This document shows, piece after piece, positions 41,079-50,207 of a stretch of 64,000 bases of DNA (the stretch's first letter is position 1; the number at the start of each line of letters is the position of its first letter). Made by a program: the position numbers and the translations under genes. The stretch is taken from assembly GCA_963804645.1 (NCBI GenBank), contig CAWDRG010000009.1, positions 960,001 to 1,024,000 on the forward strand, in the 5' to 3' direction. The notes beneath the pieces were generated by a model that saw only the letters and a program-made list of their open reading frames with translations, ran no database searches and was not told the origin of the DNA. The stretch comes from an uncultured Bacillota bacterium (GTDB lineage: Bacteria; Sysuimicrobiota; Sysuimicrobiia; Sysuimicrobiales; Segetimicrobiaceae).

Positions 41079-41269
41079 GCTCGCGGACTTCCTGGGCGAC
41101 GGCCGGGCACCCGCACGGTCTCGTCCACTCCGGGACGGAGACCAGCACCCCACCGCCCGAAGACGATCCGAATGCGCCGTAGATTGGTCTCGGGCAAACG
41201 CGGGAGCGATTCGGGTCAAGAGATCGGGAGTCGGCCACCACATTCACGAGTCGCGAAAGGAGCGAACGG

Positions 41270-42016
41270 ATGGATTTCCTCCCAGCTTTGCGCGCCACGG
41301 CCATTTTTCACACATCGTGGGACGCGTTCACCATCATCGATCTGATCGCGGCATCGACGAATGCGCTCAACGGCGCGTTGCTCGCCCGCCGTCCCGATCA
41401 CTATAAGAACTACACCGATGTTGGCATCCTCGCGATGGCATTCTTGGGCGGGATCGGCGGCGGCGTCTCGCGCGATATCGTGCTCAACCGTGTCCCGGCG
41501 GCGTTCACCAACCCGTGGTACATGGTGGTGTGTGCGGCGGCCGGGCTGATTGGGCTCGCGATTTCCTACAGAACCGGGCAAAAGTTCCGCGAAGGGATCT
41601 TTCAGATCATGACCGCATTCTCGCTGCCCTGGTACGCCATCGTCGGGGCAGACGCGGCGTTGCACGCGCACCTGCCGCTGTTCGCCGCGGTGATCGTCGG
41701 CATCATCGGCCCCACGGCCGGGCGGTACTTTATCGACATCACGTCGCTGGTTGTGCCCAAGCAGTTCGTCCAAGGGGAGTGGTTTGTCGGTACCGCCATC
41801 CTCGCTTCCGTCTTATACATCATTCTTGCCGGCGTGGGGCTCACGATCTGGCCGGCGGCCCTCATCACCTTCGCCATTGCGTTCGGGTTCCGCCTCCTGG
41901 CACAGTCCCTGAGGTGGGAGGAGCCGGAGCCCTGGGAGCCTGCGCCGGTCCGGGCGACGCCGAAGGTGGGCGACACGTTGGAGGAATCTATTCATGAAGA
42001 GTTTGAGAAGAAGTAG
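41270..42016 (+). CDS. TRIC cation channel family (UPF0126) membrane protein
   Basis: Duplicated 3-TM repeat; GGIGGGVSRDIVL..VP motif. Confidence 0.82.
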   Translation: MDFLPALRATAIFHTSWDAFTIIDLIAASTNALNGALLARRPDHYKNYTDVGILAMAFLGGIGGGVSRDIVLNRVPAAFTNPWYMVVCAAAGLIGLAISYRTGQKFREGIFQIMTAFSLPWYAIVGADAALHAHLPLFAAVIVGIIGPTAGRYFIDITSLVVPKQFVQGEWFVGTAILASVLYIILAGVGLTIWPAALITFAIAFGFRLLAQSLRWEEPEPWEPAPVRATPKVGDTLEESIHEEFEKK

Positions 42017-42191
42017 CGACGCTTGTCCGCAAGGCGGGCACCGGGGCGCTTGGGCATGCGCGGCGCCGGCCGTCGTGGACCTCGACGCATGACGCGAACG
42101 ACGACGACACAGCGGAGCGGGGAGGGTGGGCACGGATCGAAGGTCGTTTTGAGCAGTGGCGTGTACACTATCTTGGGGAGGAATCAGGATC

Positions 42192-43718
42192 ATGCCAACG
42201 CCTTCTGCACAACCCAATATCGTCTTCATCATGGCGGACGACATTGGCTGGTTCAACATCGGGGCCTATCATCAGGGCATGATGGCGGGCCGCACGCCGA
42301 ATCTCGACCGGCTGGCCGCTGAGGGGATCCGGTTCACCGACTACTACGCGGAAGCGAGCTGCACCGCGGGCCGCGCGCAGTTCATCACAGGGCAAATCCC
42401 GATCCGCACCGGCTTGACGACCGTCGGCCAGGCGGGCGCGAAGGTGGGCATGCCGGACGAAGCTCCCACGATCGCCGCCGCCTTGAAGTCGATGGGGTAC
42501 GCGACGGGACAGTTCGGCAAGAACCATCTGGGCGATCTGAACCAGTATCTGCCGACGCTCCACGGCTTCGACGAGTTCTTCGGGTATCTGTACCACCTCG
42601 ACGCGATGGAGGATCCGTCGCACAAGAACTACCCGCCCGCCCTCAAAGACAAGATCGGGCCGCGCAACATGGTGCACTGCTGGGCGACCGACAAGGATGA
42701 TCCGACCGTCGATCCGCGGTGGGGCAAGGTGGGCAAGCAGAAGATTGAGGACGCGGGCACGCTCTACCCGGATCGGATGACGACCGTCGATGATGAGATC
42801 CTCGCCCATGCGCTGAAGTTCATCGACGGCGCGAAGGCGAGCGGCAAGCCGTTTTTCTGCTGGCTCAACCCGACGCGGATGCACGTGAAGACGCATCTGT
42901 CCGAGAAATACAACAATCTACGCACGCCGGAGAACGGGTGGTCGATCCACGAGGCCGGCATGGCGCAGCTCGACGATATCGTCGGGTCGGTCATGAAGAA
43001 GCTCAAGGACGACGGCCTCGACGGCAACACGATCGTCGTGTTCACGACGGACAACGGGACGGAGAACTTCACGTGGCCGGACGGCGGACAGACGCCGTTC
43101 GCCGGCGGCAAGGGGACCGTGCTGGAAGGCGGCTTCCGCTCCCCGTGCATTGCGCGCTGGCCGGGCAAGATTCCGGCCGGCAGGGTCGAGAACGGGATCT
43201 TCTCGGGGCTAGACTGGTTCCCGACCTTCGTGTCCGCCGCGGGCAACCCGAACATTGTCGCGGAGCTCAAGCAGGGCAAGCAGTTCGGCGGCAAGACGTA
43301 CAAGGTCCACCTCGACGGCTACGATCAGACGAACCTCATCACGGGCAAGGGGCCGTCGAACCGGCACGAGGTCTTCTATTTTGCCGAAGGCACTCTGGGC
43401 GCGGTGCGCCTGAACGACTACAAGTACCGCTTCATCGACCAGCCGCAGGGATGGCTGGGCGGCACCGTCAAGGTGGATTGGCCGATCATCGTCAACCTCC
43501 GCCTGGATCCGTTCGAGCGCACCGGGATCTCCGGCTCTCTCGCGTTCTACAACTGGTTCGTGGACCAGTTCTGGCGATTCGTCCTCGTGCAACAGGTGGT
43601 CGCCATGGGGGCGCAGAGCTTCATCGAGTTTCCGCCGATGCAGAAGGGCGCGTCGTTCAACATGGAGGCGGTGAAGGAGCAGGTCGAAAAAGCGATCCTG
43701 GCACACCACGGGCAGTAG
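42192..43718 (+). CDS. Arylsulfatase (Cys-type, CTAGR motif), no signal peptide
   Basis: PNIVFIMADDIG, SCTAGR, GKNHLGD, HGFDEF, TDNG, KGTVLEGG. Confidence 0.93.
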   Translation: MPTPSAQPNIVFIMADDIGWFNIGAYHQGMMAGRTPNLDRLAAEGIRFTDYYAEASCTAGRAQFITGQIPIRTGLTTVGQAGAKVGMPDEAPTIAAALKSMGYATGQFGKNHLGDLNQYLPTLHGFDEFFGYLYHLDAMEDPSHKNYPPALKDKIGPRNMVHCWATDKDDPTVDPRWGKVGKQKIEDAGTLYPDRMTTVDDEILAHALKFIDGAKASGKPFFCWLNPTRMHVKTHLSEKYNNLRTPENGWSIHEAGMAQLDDIVGSVMKKLKDDGLDGNTIVVFTTDNGTENFTWPDGGQTPFAGGKGTVLEGGFRSPCIARWPGKIPAGRVENGIFSGLDWFPTFVSAAGNPNIVAELKQGKQFGGKTYKVHLDGYDQTNLITGKGPSNRHEVFYFAEGTLGAVRLNDYKYRFIDQPQGWLGGTVKVDWPIIVNLRLDPFERTGISGSLAFYNWFVDQFWRFVLVQQVVAMGAQSFIEFPPMQKGASFNMEAVKEQVEKAILAHHGQ

Positions 43719-43926
43719 GCGTACGCGGATTGGATAGGCGCTGACATAGGGGGGGTGCTTCGCGGCGGCGGTGCCCGCGCGGAGCATCCCCTCGAGTCAC
43801 CAGTCGGCGCGGGGTAGGCGAGCCGCACCGGATCGTCTAGGTTCCGTCGCGACGTGGGTCGAACGGCGACATGGACGGCCCAGGGATCTGCAGGGGATCC
43901 CATCGAGACCACAAAGGAGATCAGCA

Positions 43927-44724
43927 ATGCGACAACAGGGCTTGCGGGCGCGCACGGTGGTGTGCGTCATCGCGGTAGTGAGTGCGGTGCTGGTGCTTGG
44001 TCTGCCGTTCACGGGGGTACGGGCCCAGGGAACCGTCGACCCCGATGCCGATCACACGTTGCGGGCGATGACGACCTATCTGGGACATCTCGGAGCGTTC
44101 AGCGTGGATTACGACGTGGACACGCAGGTGATCGATCACAGCGGCCAAAAACTAGACGTCACCAGTTCGGGGAGCGCGCTCATCCAGCGGCCCGGCAAGA
44201 TCTACGCGACCCGCAAGACCGGAGTCACCGATGCCGAGGTCTATCTCGACGGCGGGACGCTCACGCTGTACGGCAAGGTGAGGAACATGTACCTGCAAAT
44301 TGGACACCTCGGGACCATCGACGCGGCGATCGAGGCGGTACGCAGTCAGCTTGGGCTCGATTTGGCGGCCGCCGACCTGGTGTACACGGATCCGTACCCG
44401 GGCCTGATGACCGACGTGACAAGCGGCGTCGATCTTGGGTCCGACGTCGTTGGCGGCATCATGTGCGAGCATCTGGCGTTTCGGGCGGCCCAAGTCGACT
44501 GGCAGGTGTGGGTGCAGGCGGGGGCGAGGCCGCTCCCGATGAAGTATGTCATCACCAGCAAATGGGTGACCGGCGCGCCCCAATACATCGTGGACTTCCG
44601 CAATTGGAACAGTAGGCCGAACGTCGATCCGCAGCGGTTTGCGTTCACGCCGCCCCAAGGGTCCAGGAAGGTCGACACGATTCCCACGAACGTCATCGGC
44701 GAGATCGGGGAGGGTCAGCGGTGA
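43927..44724 (+). CDS. DUF2092 (LolA-like fold) exported protein
   Basis: Signal peptide; RPGK, DG.TLT, ADL, CEHLAFR..VDWQVW, P.KYVITSK, F.FTPP. Confidence 0.82.
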   Translation: MRQQGLRARTVVCVIAVVSAVLVLGLPFTGVRAQGTVDPDADHTLRAMTTYLGHLGAFSVDYDVDTQVIDHSGQKLDVTSSGSALIQRPGKIYATRKTGVTDAEVYLDGGTLTLYGKVRNMYLQIGHLGTIDAAIEAVRSQLGLDLAAADLVYTDPYPGLMTDVTSGVDLGSDVVGGIMCEHLAFRAAQVDWQVWVQAGARPLPMKYVITSKWVTGAPQYIVDFRNWNSRPNVDPQRFAFTPPQGSRKVDTIPTNVIGEIGEGQR

Positions 44725-45053
44725 TCACAAACTCGAAGGGCTGGACCGTCGCGTGTGCGATCGGAGCGGCCGCGGTCGGGCTGCTCGTCGCGAGCAATCC
44801 CGGCGCGCTGTTCCTGGACGGGTCGCTGGTGTCCAAGGCGGAGGCGGTCGTCGGGATGCCCCTGACGCCGGTCAGCGTGGCCGGCGTGGCGCGCCGGACG
44901 ACGCGGCGCACCATCGCGCGCTCATCCATTTACGTCAACAGCCTGCCAACCGCGTGCGTGCAGACCAACATCAACGGCACGCTGCTGTATCAGTGCGGCG
45001 CGACGTACTACCAACCGTACGGGACGCAGTACGTCGTCGTGTACGTCAACTGA
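44721..45053 (+). CDS. Small exported hypothetical protein (TPVSVAGVARRTTRR motif)
   Basis: GTGA overlap with DUF2092 gene; N-terminal hydrophobic segment; Cys pair; Tyr-rich C-terminus. Confidence 0.75.
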   Translation: MITNSKGWTVACAIGAAAVGLLVASNPGALFLDGSLVSKAEAVVGMPLTPVSVAGVARRTTRRTIARSSIYVNSLPTACVQTNINGTLLYQCGATYYQPYGTQYVVVYVN

Positions 45054-45272
45054 ACGGGGCGGCGGAGTTCGCGATCGGGGGTCGCTGACGGGGATGTGAC
45101 GTGCGGCGCGCGCCGGACGCCGTGGGATCCGGCGGGCGCCGCGGTCGAGCGTACGCTTCATGGCGTCGGGCGCGTTGTACAGACGGCCCCAGTCGTCGAG
45201 CGCGGCGGGCTCACGCGAGCGGCCGTCCGCGGTGAAACCCGGGAGCGGGCACACGTCCGGGGTTGAGAGAAG

Positions 45273-45944
45273 ATGCAGACGGAGGGGCGAATGCGCACGG
45301 GTCCGGCATCGAGCGATCGGTTCGACACGGAGAGCGTCCACAATCTGAGCGGCGCCGTGTTCGCATTCGCGATGACCCTGCTCATTCTCAATCTGGTCGT
45401 GCCGGTCATCCCGAAGGGCGCGCCCAATTCGGCCCTGGCGAGTGCGCTGCTCACCCTGTGGCCCCACGTCGCGACGTACGTGATCAGTTTTGGGTTGATC
45501 GCCAGCTATTGGGTCATGCACCGAAGGATGTTTACCTTCATTCGGGCCGCCGATCGAACGTTTCTCTGGATGAATTTGTACTTCCTGATGTTCATCGCGT
45601 TCATGCCGTTCGCGGCGAATCTGATGGGGACGTATCCTCGGTACCGGGTGGCCTTGCTCACGTACGCGGGCACGGCCCTCGTGACCCTGCTGATTCAGAC
45701 CGCGGAATGGCGGTACGCGAAAGTGCGCGGCTTGGTCGATCCCGATCTTGACCCCCGGTGGGCTGTACATCTGGACTGGAGGCTCCGGGGGGGGATCGGT
45801 CTCGTCCTCGTGTGCATCGGTGTGTCGTTTTTCGATACGCTCGTGAGTCTGTTCACCCTCATTCTCATGCCTGTCTTGAGCCTGTGGCCGGCCCACCCAC
45901 ATCTCCGGGACCCGATGGCGGCGTCCCGCGAACGAACGGTGTGA
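45273..45944 (+). CDS. TMEM175 (DUF1211) family channel protein, divergent
   Basis: AVFAFAMTLLILNL, YVISF...YW..H..MF, N..FL..I.FMPF; 6 TM. Confidence 0.8.
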   Translation: MQTEGRMRTGPASSDRFDTESVHNLSGAVFAFAMTLLILNLVVPVIPKGAPNSALASALLTLWPHVATYVISFGLIASYWVMHRRMFTFIRAADRTFLWMNLYFLMFIAFMPFAANLMGTYPRYRVALLTYAGTALVTLLIQTAEWRYAKVRGLVDPDLDPRWAVHLDWRLRGGIGLVLVCIGVSFFDTLVSLFTLILMPVLSLWPAHPHLRDPMAASRERTV

Positions 45945-46066
45945 GCCTGCCGCGCGCGATGGACGACGGGATCATGTTGGCCCTCGCGGTCGCGGGGGTC
46001 ACGGCGCGTCCGCGAGACTCGGGGCGGCGGTCACGCGGCGGGCCTCCCGCCCGACGGTGCGGCGCG

Positions 46067-47419
46067 CTACGGCCGCGGCGCGCCGCGGCCCTCGGTGTGC
46101 GCGCTTGCGGCGACACGTGCCGCCGGCGTCTGGACGGTCCCGCGGTTGAGATTCGACTGCGCCTCCCGGGTGGTTCCGAGCGGTCCGTTGACCGTCCAGT
46201 AGCGCGTCCCCGCCACGAGCAGCGCCTCCGCCGGGAACCGCGTGATCACCTCGCATCCGTCCTTCGTGACGACGAGCTGCTCTTCGATGCGCGCAGCCGA
46301 CCAGCCGTCCGACGCCGGCCAAAACGTCTCGAGGGCGAACACCATCCCTTCCTCGATCACCTCGGGATGATCGAACGAAACCAGCCGGCTGAAGATCGGC
46401 TTCTCCCAGATCGACAGGCCCACGCCGTGGCCGTACTGCAGCGCGAACGCCGCCTCTTCGTCGGCGAACCCGAACTCCTCGGCTTTCGGCCACACCGACA
46501 CCACCTGGGCCGTCGTGACGCCCGGACGGATCAGGCTCAGCGCCGCGTCGAGGTAGTCGCGGCACCGGCGGTACGCGTCCACCATCGCCGGCGACGCGCT
46601 GCCCACGCAGAACGTCCGGTAATAGCAGGTCCGGTAGCCGTTATAGGCGTGCAGGATGTCGAAGTACGCCGGGTCCCCGGGGCGCAGCACGCGGTCGGTG
46701 TAGACGTGCGGGTGCGGGCTGCACCGCTCGCCGGAGATCGCGTTGACGCCCTCGACGTGCTCGGATCCCAGATCGTACAGCACTTTCGCGACGAGGCCGA
46801 CGCATTCGTTTTCCCGCATCCCGGGCCGCAGCGCCTGGTAGAGCGCGTCGTACGCCGCGTCGACCATCATCACCGCGGTCGTGATCAGGGTAATCTCGTC
46901 CTGGGTCTTGATCTTGCGGACCTCCTGCATCAGGCTCTGCCCGTCGACGACGCGCACGCCCGCCCGCTGCAGCGCAAATAGGACCTGCGGCTCCACGATG
47001 TCCACGCCGACCGGCGCGTCCTCGAGCCCGCGCGCCGCGAGCTCGGTCTTGATCTTCCGGGCGACGTCCTCCGCGCTCTCGGGGTACGCGCCGCGCAGCG
47101 TCGAGATGCCGGCGCGCGACCGCTCACCCAGCCACGGGCAGTAGAGTTGGTGGTGGCGCGCCGCGGACCCGAAGTCCCAGAGGATCGGCACATCGCCCCG
47201 CGGCAGCAGCGCGAACCGGACGAGCTTGTCCATCGCCCACGTGCCGATGTGGGTCGCGGTGATGTACCGGATATTGTTCATGTCGAAGCAGAGGAGCGCG
47301 CCGAGCTCCGACGCCGCGAGCATGCGTGTGACCCGCGCCAGACGCTCGGTCCGGAGCCGCTCGTAGTTGACGCGCTCCTCCCAGTCGACCGTCTGCAGCC
47401 CGAACGTCTTGATGCCCAT
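46067..47419 (-). CDS. M24 family (Xaa-Pro peptidase/creatinase fold) hydrolase
   Basis: NIRYIT, RKIKTQDEI, FD, GHGVGL, ALET, RIEE. Confidence 0.88.
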   Translation of the reverse strand: MGIKTFGLQTVDWEERVNYERLRTERLARVTRMLAASELGALLCFDMNNIRYITATHIGTWAMDKLVRFALLPRGDVPILWDFGSAARHHQLYCPWLGERSRAGISTLRGAYPESAEDVARKIKTELAARGLEDAPVGVDIVEPQVLFALQRAGVRVVDGQSLMQEVRKIKTQDEITLITTAVMMVDAAYDALYQALRPGMRENECVGLVAKVLYDLGSEHVEGVNAISGERCSPHPHVYTDRVLRPGDPAYFDILHAYNGYRTCYYRTFCVGSASPAMVDAYRRCRDYLDAALSLIRPGVTTAQVVSVWPKAEEFGFADEEAAFALQYGHGVGLSIWEKPIFSRLVSFDHPEVIEEGMVFALETFWPASDGWSAARIEEQLVVTKDGCEVITRFPAEALLVAGTRYWTVNGPLGTTREAQSNLNRGTVQTPAARVAASAHTEGRGAPRP

Positions 47420-47515
47420 CGCGTGGTCCCTCCCGTGTGATGTGGCTCTGGCGCCCGTTCGGCGCCGGGCGGCGGCGGTCCCTGCGCTCGCCCGCGGCCG
47501 TCGTGCGCGGGCTGC

Positions 47516-48421
47516 CTATCCGGCCCGGTCGGACTCGGGTTCGGGGCGCGGGCTCGACAGGCGCACCAGGACCTCGAACAGGGCGGCGAAGTCCTGTTCG
47601 GCCAGTCCCATCGCCCGCGCGGCGGTGAGTAGCTCGTTGGTGGCTGCGGTGGTCGGGAGGGGAACCCTGAGCGTTCGTCCCATCTCGAGCGCGAGCAGCA
47701 TGTCCTTCTGCATCATGGTGCAGTCAAACCAGGCGTCCTCCGGCATCTGGAGGACGAACGGCCCGCGGTACTTCAACATCGGAGAGGCGATGACGCTGTT
47801 CAGCAACACGTGCGCGGCCGTCTTCCGGTCGATACCGCCGCGCTCCGCCAGCAGCACGCTCTCGCTGAACGCGAGCATCTGCACGGCGAGGCTGAGATTG
47901 GTCGCGACCTTCATCAGCACCGCCTGGCCGTTGCCGCCGACGTGGGTGACGACGGGTCCGATGTCCAGGAGGATCTGCCGGACGCGCTCGACCGCGGCCG
48001 CGGGCCCGCCCACCATCACCGACAGGCGTCCCTCCTCGAGGGTCGCGACGCTGCCGGAGACCGGCGCGTCCAGCATCTCCGCGCCGCGTTCCCGGACTCG
48101 CTCGGCCAGCGCCCGGCTGGCGGCGGGGCTGACCGTGCTCATGTCGACGAGGGTCTTCCCCGGGCCGAGGCCGGCGAGGATCCCGTCGGGTCCGTCCGTC
48201 ACCGCGTGCAGCGCGGACGTGTCGGTCACCATCGACAAGGTGACCTCCGCGCCCGCGGCGACCGCCCGGGGGCTTGACTCGAGCCGCATGCCGGCGGCGA
48301 CGAGCCATTGGGCCTTCGCCGCCGTCCGGTTGTATCCCGAGACCGGGTGGCCGGCGTCCAGCAGCCGCTTGGCGATCCGCCCGCCCATCACTCCGAGCCC
48401 CACGAATCCAAGGGTTGTCAC
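47516..48421 (-). CDS. 3-hydroxyisobutyrate/beta-hydroxyacid dehydrogenase family
   Basis: GFVGLGVMG, YNRT, DMST, DAPVSGS, K..N, KD. Confidence 0.92.
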   Translation of the reverse strand: MTTLGFVGLGVMGGRIAKRLLDAGHPVSGYNRTAAKAQWLVAAGMRLESSPRAVAAGAEVTLSMVTDTSALHAVTDGPDGILAGLGPGKTLVDMSTVSPAASRALAERVRERGAEMLDAPVSGSVATLEEGRLSVMVGGPAAAVERVRQILLDIGPVVTHVGGNGQAVLMKVATNLSLAVQMLAFSESVLLAERGGIDRKTAAHVLLNSVIASPMLKYRGPFVLQMPEDAWFDCTMMQKDMLLALEMGRTLRVPLPTTAATNELLTAARAMGLAEQDFAALFEVLVRLSSPRPEPESDRAG

Positions 48422-48444
48422 GTGCGCCTCCTCCGGCCGCGTTC

Positions 48445-49275
48445 TCAGCGGCTCCCGCGCGACAGACGCGGATCCAGCACGTCGCGCGCCGCGTCCCCGA
48501 CGATGTTGAGACAGAGGACGACCAGCGTAATGGCGAGACCGGGGAACACGCTGAGCCACCAGCCGTGCGGAAAGTACTTCTGGGCGTCCGCCAGCATCGC
48601 GCCCCATTCGGGCGAGGGTGGCTGGGCGCCGAGGCCAATGAAGCTCAGCCCGGCCGCGGTGAGAATGATCGTCCCGATGTCGAGCGTGGCGAGCGCGAGC
48701 ACCGGCGGCAGGGCGTTCGGCACGATGTACCGCAGTGCGATCCAGACGGTCGGCAGCCCGACCGCCACCGCGCCCTGCACGTAGTCGCGCTGCCGGATGC
48801 CGAGCGTCACCCCGCGCACGAACCGCGCCACGCCCGGCGTCCCCCCGATCCCGAGCGCGATCATGACGTTGAAGAGCCCGGGCCCGAGCAGCGCGACGAC
48901 GAACAGCGCGAGAATCAGTCCCGGCATCCCGAGCATGATATCGGTCAGCCGCATCACGACCAGATCCAGCCACCCGCCGGCGTACCCCGCCGCCACACCG
49001 ACCGCGGTCCCGAACGCGAACTCGATCGCGACGGCGACGAGCCCGACGGTGAGCGACAGGCGGCCCCCGTACAGCATCCGGGCCCACACGTCGCGCCCCA
49101 TGCCGTCGGTGCCCAGCAGGTGGGCGGACGACGGCGCGTGCAGCCGAAACGGGATGTTCATGACGAGCGGGCTGATCCGGGCGAGCTCCGGCGCCCCGAT
49201 CGCGCTCAGCACGATGACGGCCAGGATGACGGCGGCGACCCGCGTGGTGCGTCCGGTGTTCCAGAAGCGCGTCAC
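48445..49275 (-). CDS. Peptide ABC permease (DppC-like)
   Basis: HLLGTDGMGRD, LSFIGLG...EWG, GDAARDVLDP. Confidence 0.92.
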   Translation of the reverse strand: MTRFWNTGRTTRVAAVILAVIVLSAIGAPELARISPLVMNIPFRLHAPSSAHLLGTDGMGRDVWARMLYGGRLSLTVGLVAVAIEFAFGTAVGVAAGYAGGWLDLVVMRLTDIMLGMPGLILALFVVALLGPGLFNVMIALGIGGTPGVARFVRGVTLGIRQRDYVQGAVAVGLPTVWIALRYIVPNALPPVLALATLDIGTIILTAAGLSFIGLGAQPPSPEWGAMLADAQKYFPHGWWLSVFPGLAITLVVLCLNIVGDAARDVLDPRLSRGSR

Positions 49276-49285
49276 GCCGGGTCCT

Positions 49286-50203
49286 CTAGTCGAATCGCAC
49301 GCGGGGATCCGTCAGCGAGTACGAGAGGTCGACGAGCAGGTTCAGGATGAGAAACACCGTGGACGTGTAGAGCACGATGCCCTGGATGAGCGGGTAGTCG
49401 CGGGCGAAGATCGCCTGCACGGCGAGCGTGCCGATGCCGGGCCGGGAAAACACCTGCTCGACGATGATCGCGCCGCCCAGCAGGCTGCCGAACGACAGCC
49501 CGACGATGGTCACGATCGGATTGAGCGCGTTGCGCAGCGCGTGGCGGAGCAGCACGATGCGCTCACCGAGCCCTTTCGCGCGAGCCGTCCGGATGTACTC
49601 GGTCCGCAGGACTTCGAGCATGCCCGCCCGGGTCACGCGCGCTACGACCGGCGCGCCCGTCGCGGCGAGCACCGCGGCGGGCATCACCATCGACTGCCAT
49701 CCCACGGCACCCGCGACGGGCAGCCATCCGAGATCGACCGAGAACAGGTAAATCATGAGGATGCCCAGCCAAAAGCCGGGCACCGACAGGAACAGGAGCG
49801 ACCCGATCAGCAGGGCGCGGTCGACCGACGAGCCTTGGCGCACCGCGGCGATGATGCCGGTCACGAGCCCGACCAGCGTGCCGAGGCCGAGCCCCGTCAG
49901 CGCGAGCTCGAGCGTGTACGGGAACCGCTGGGCGAGAATCGGCCCGACGGGCGTGTGCGACTGCCACGAGTCTCCGAAGTCGCCCCGCGCGGCGTGCGAC
50001 AAGAAGTCGCCGAGCTGCACGAGCAGCGGCCGGTCCAGGCCCAATTGGTGGTGGACCAACTGGAGGGAGGCGACGCTCATCGCGCCCCCGCCGTACAGCG
50101 CCTGGGCCGGATCGCCGCCGATCATGCGCATCAACGCGAAGGTGAGGACCGCGACGCCGAGCCACACCGGGACGAACAACGCCAGGCGCCTGAGCGCGTA
50201 CAT
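49286..50203 (-). CDS. Peptide ABC permease (DppB-like)
   Basis: GDPA, LGLDRP, YIRTARAKGL, HALRNAL, RDYP, DPR. Confidence 0.92.
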   Translation of the reverse strand: MYALRRLALFVPVWLGVAVLTFALMRMIGGDPAQALYGGGAMSVASLQLVHHQLGLDRPLLVQLGDFLSHAARGDFGDSWQSHTPVGPILAQRFPYTLELALTGLGLGTLVGLVTGIIAAVRQGSSVDRALLIGSLLFLSVPGFWLGILMIYLFSVDLGWLPVAGAVGWQSMVMPAAVLAATGAPVVARVTRAGMLEVLRTEYIRTARAKGLGERIVLLRHALRNALNPIVTIVGLSFGSLLGGAIIVEQVFSRPGIGTLAVQAIFARDYPLIQGIVLYTSTVFLILNLLVDLSYSLTDPRVRFD

Positions 50204-50207
50204 GCCG

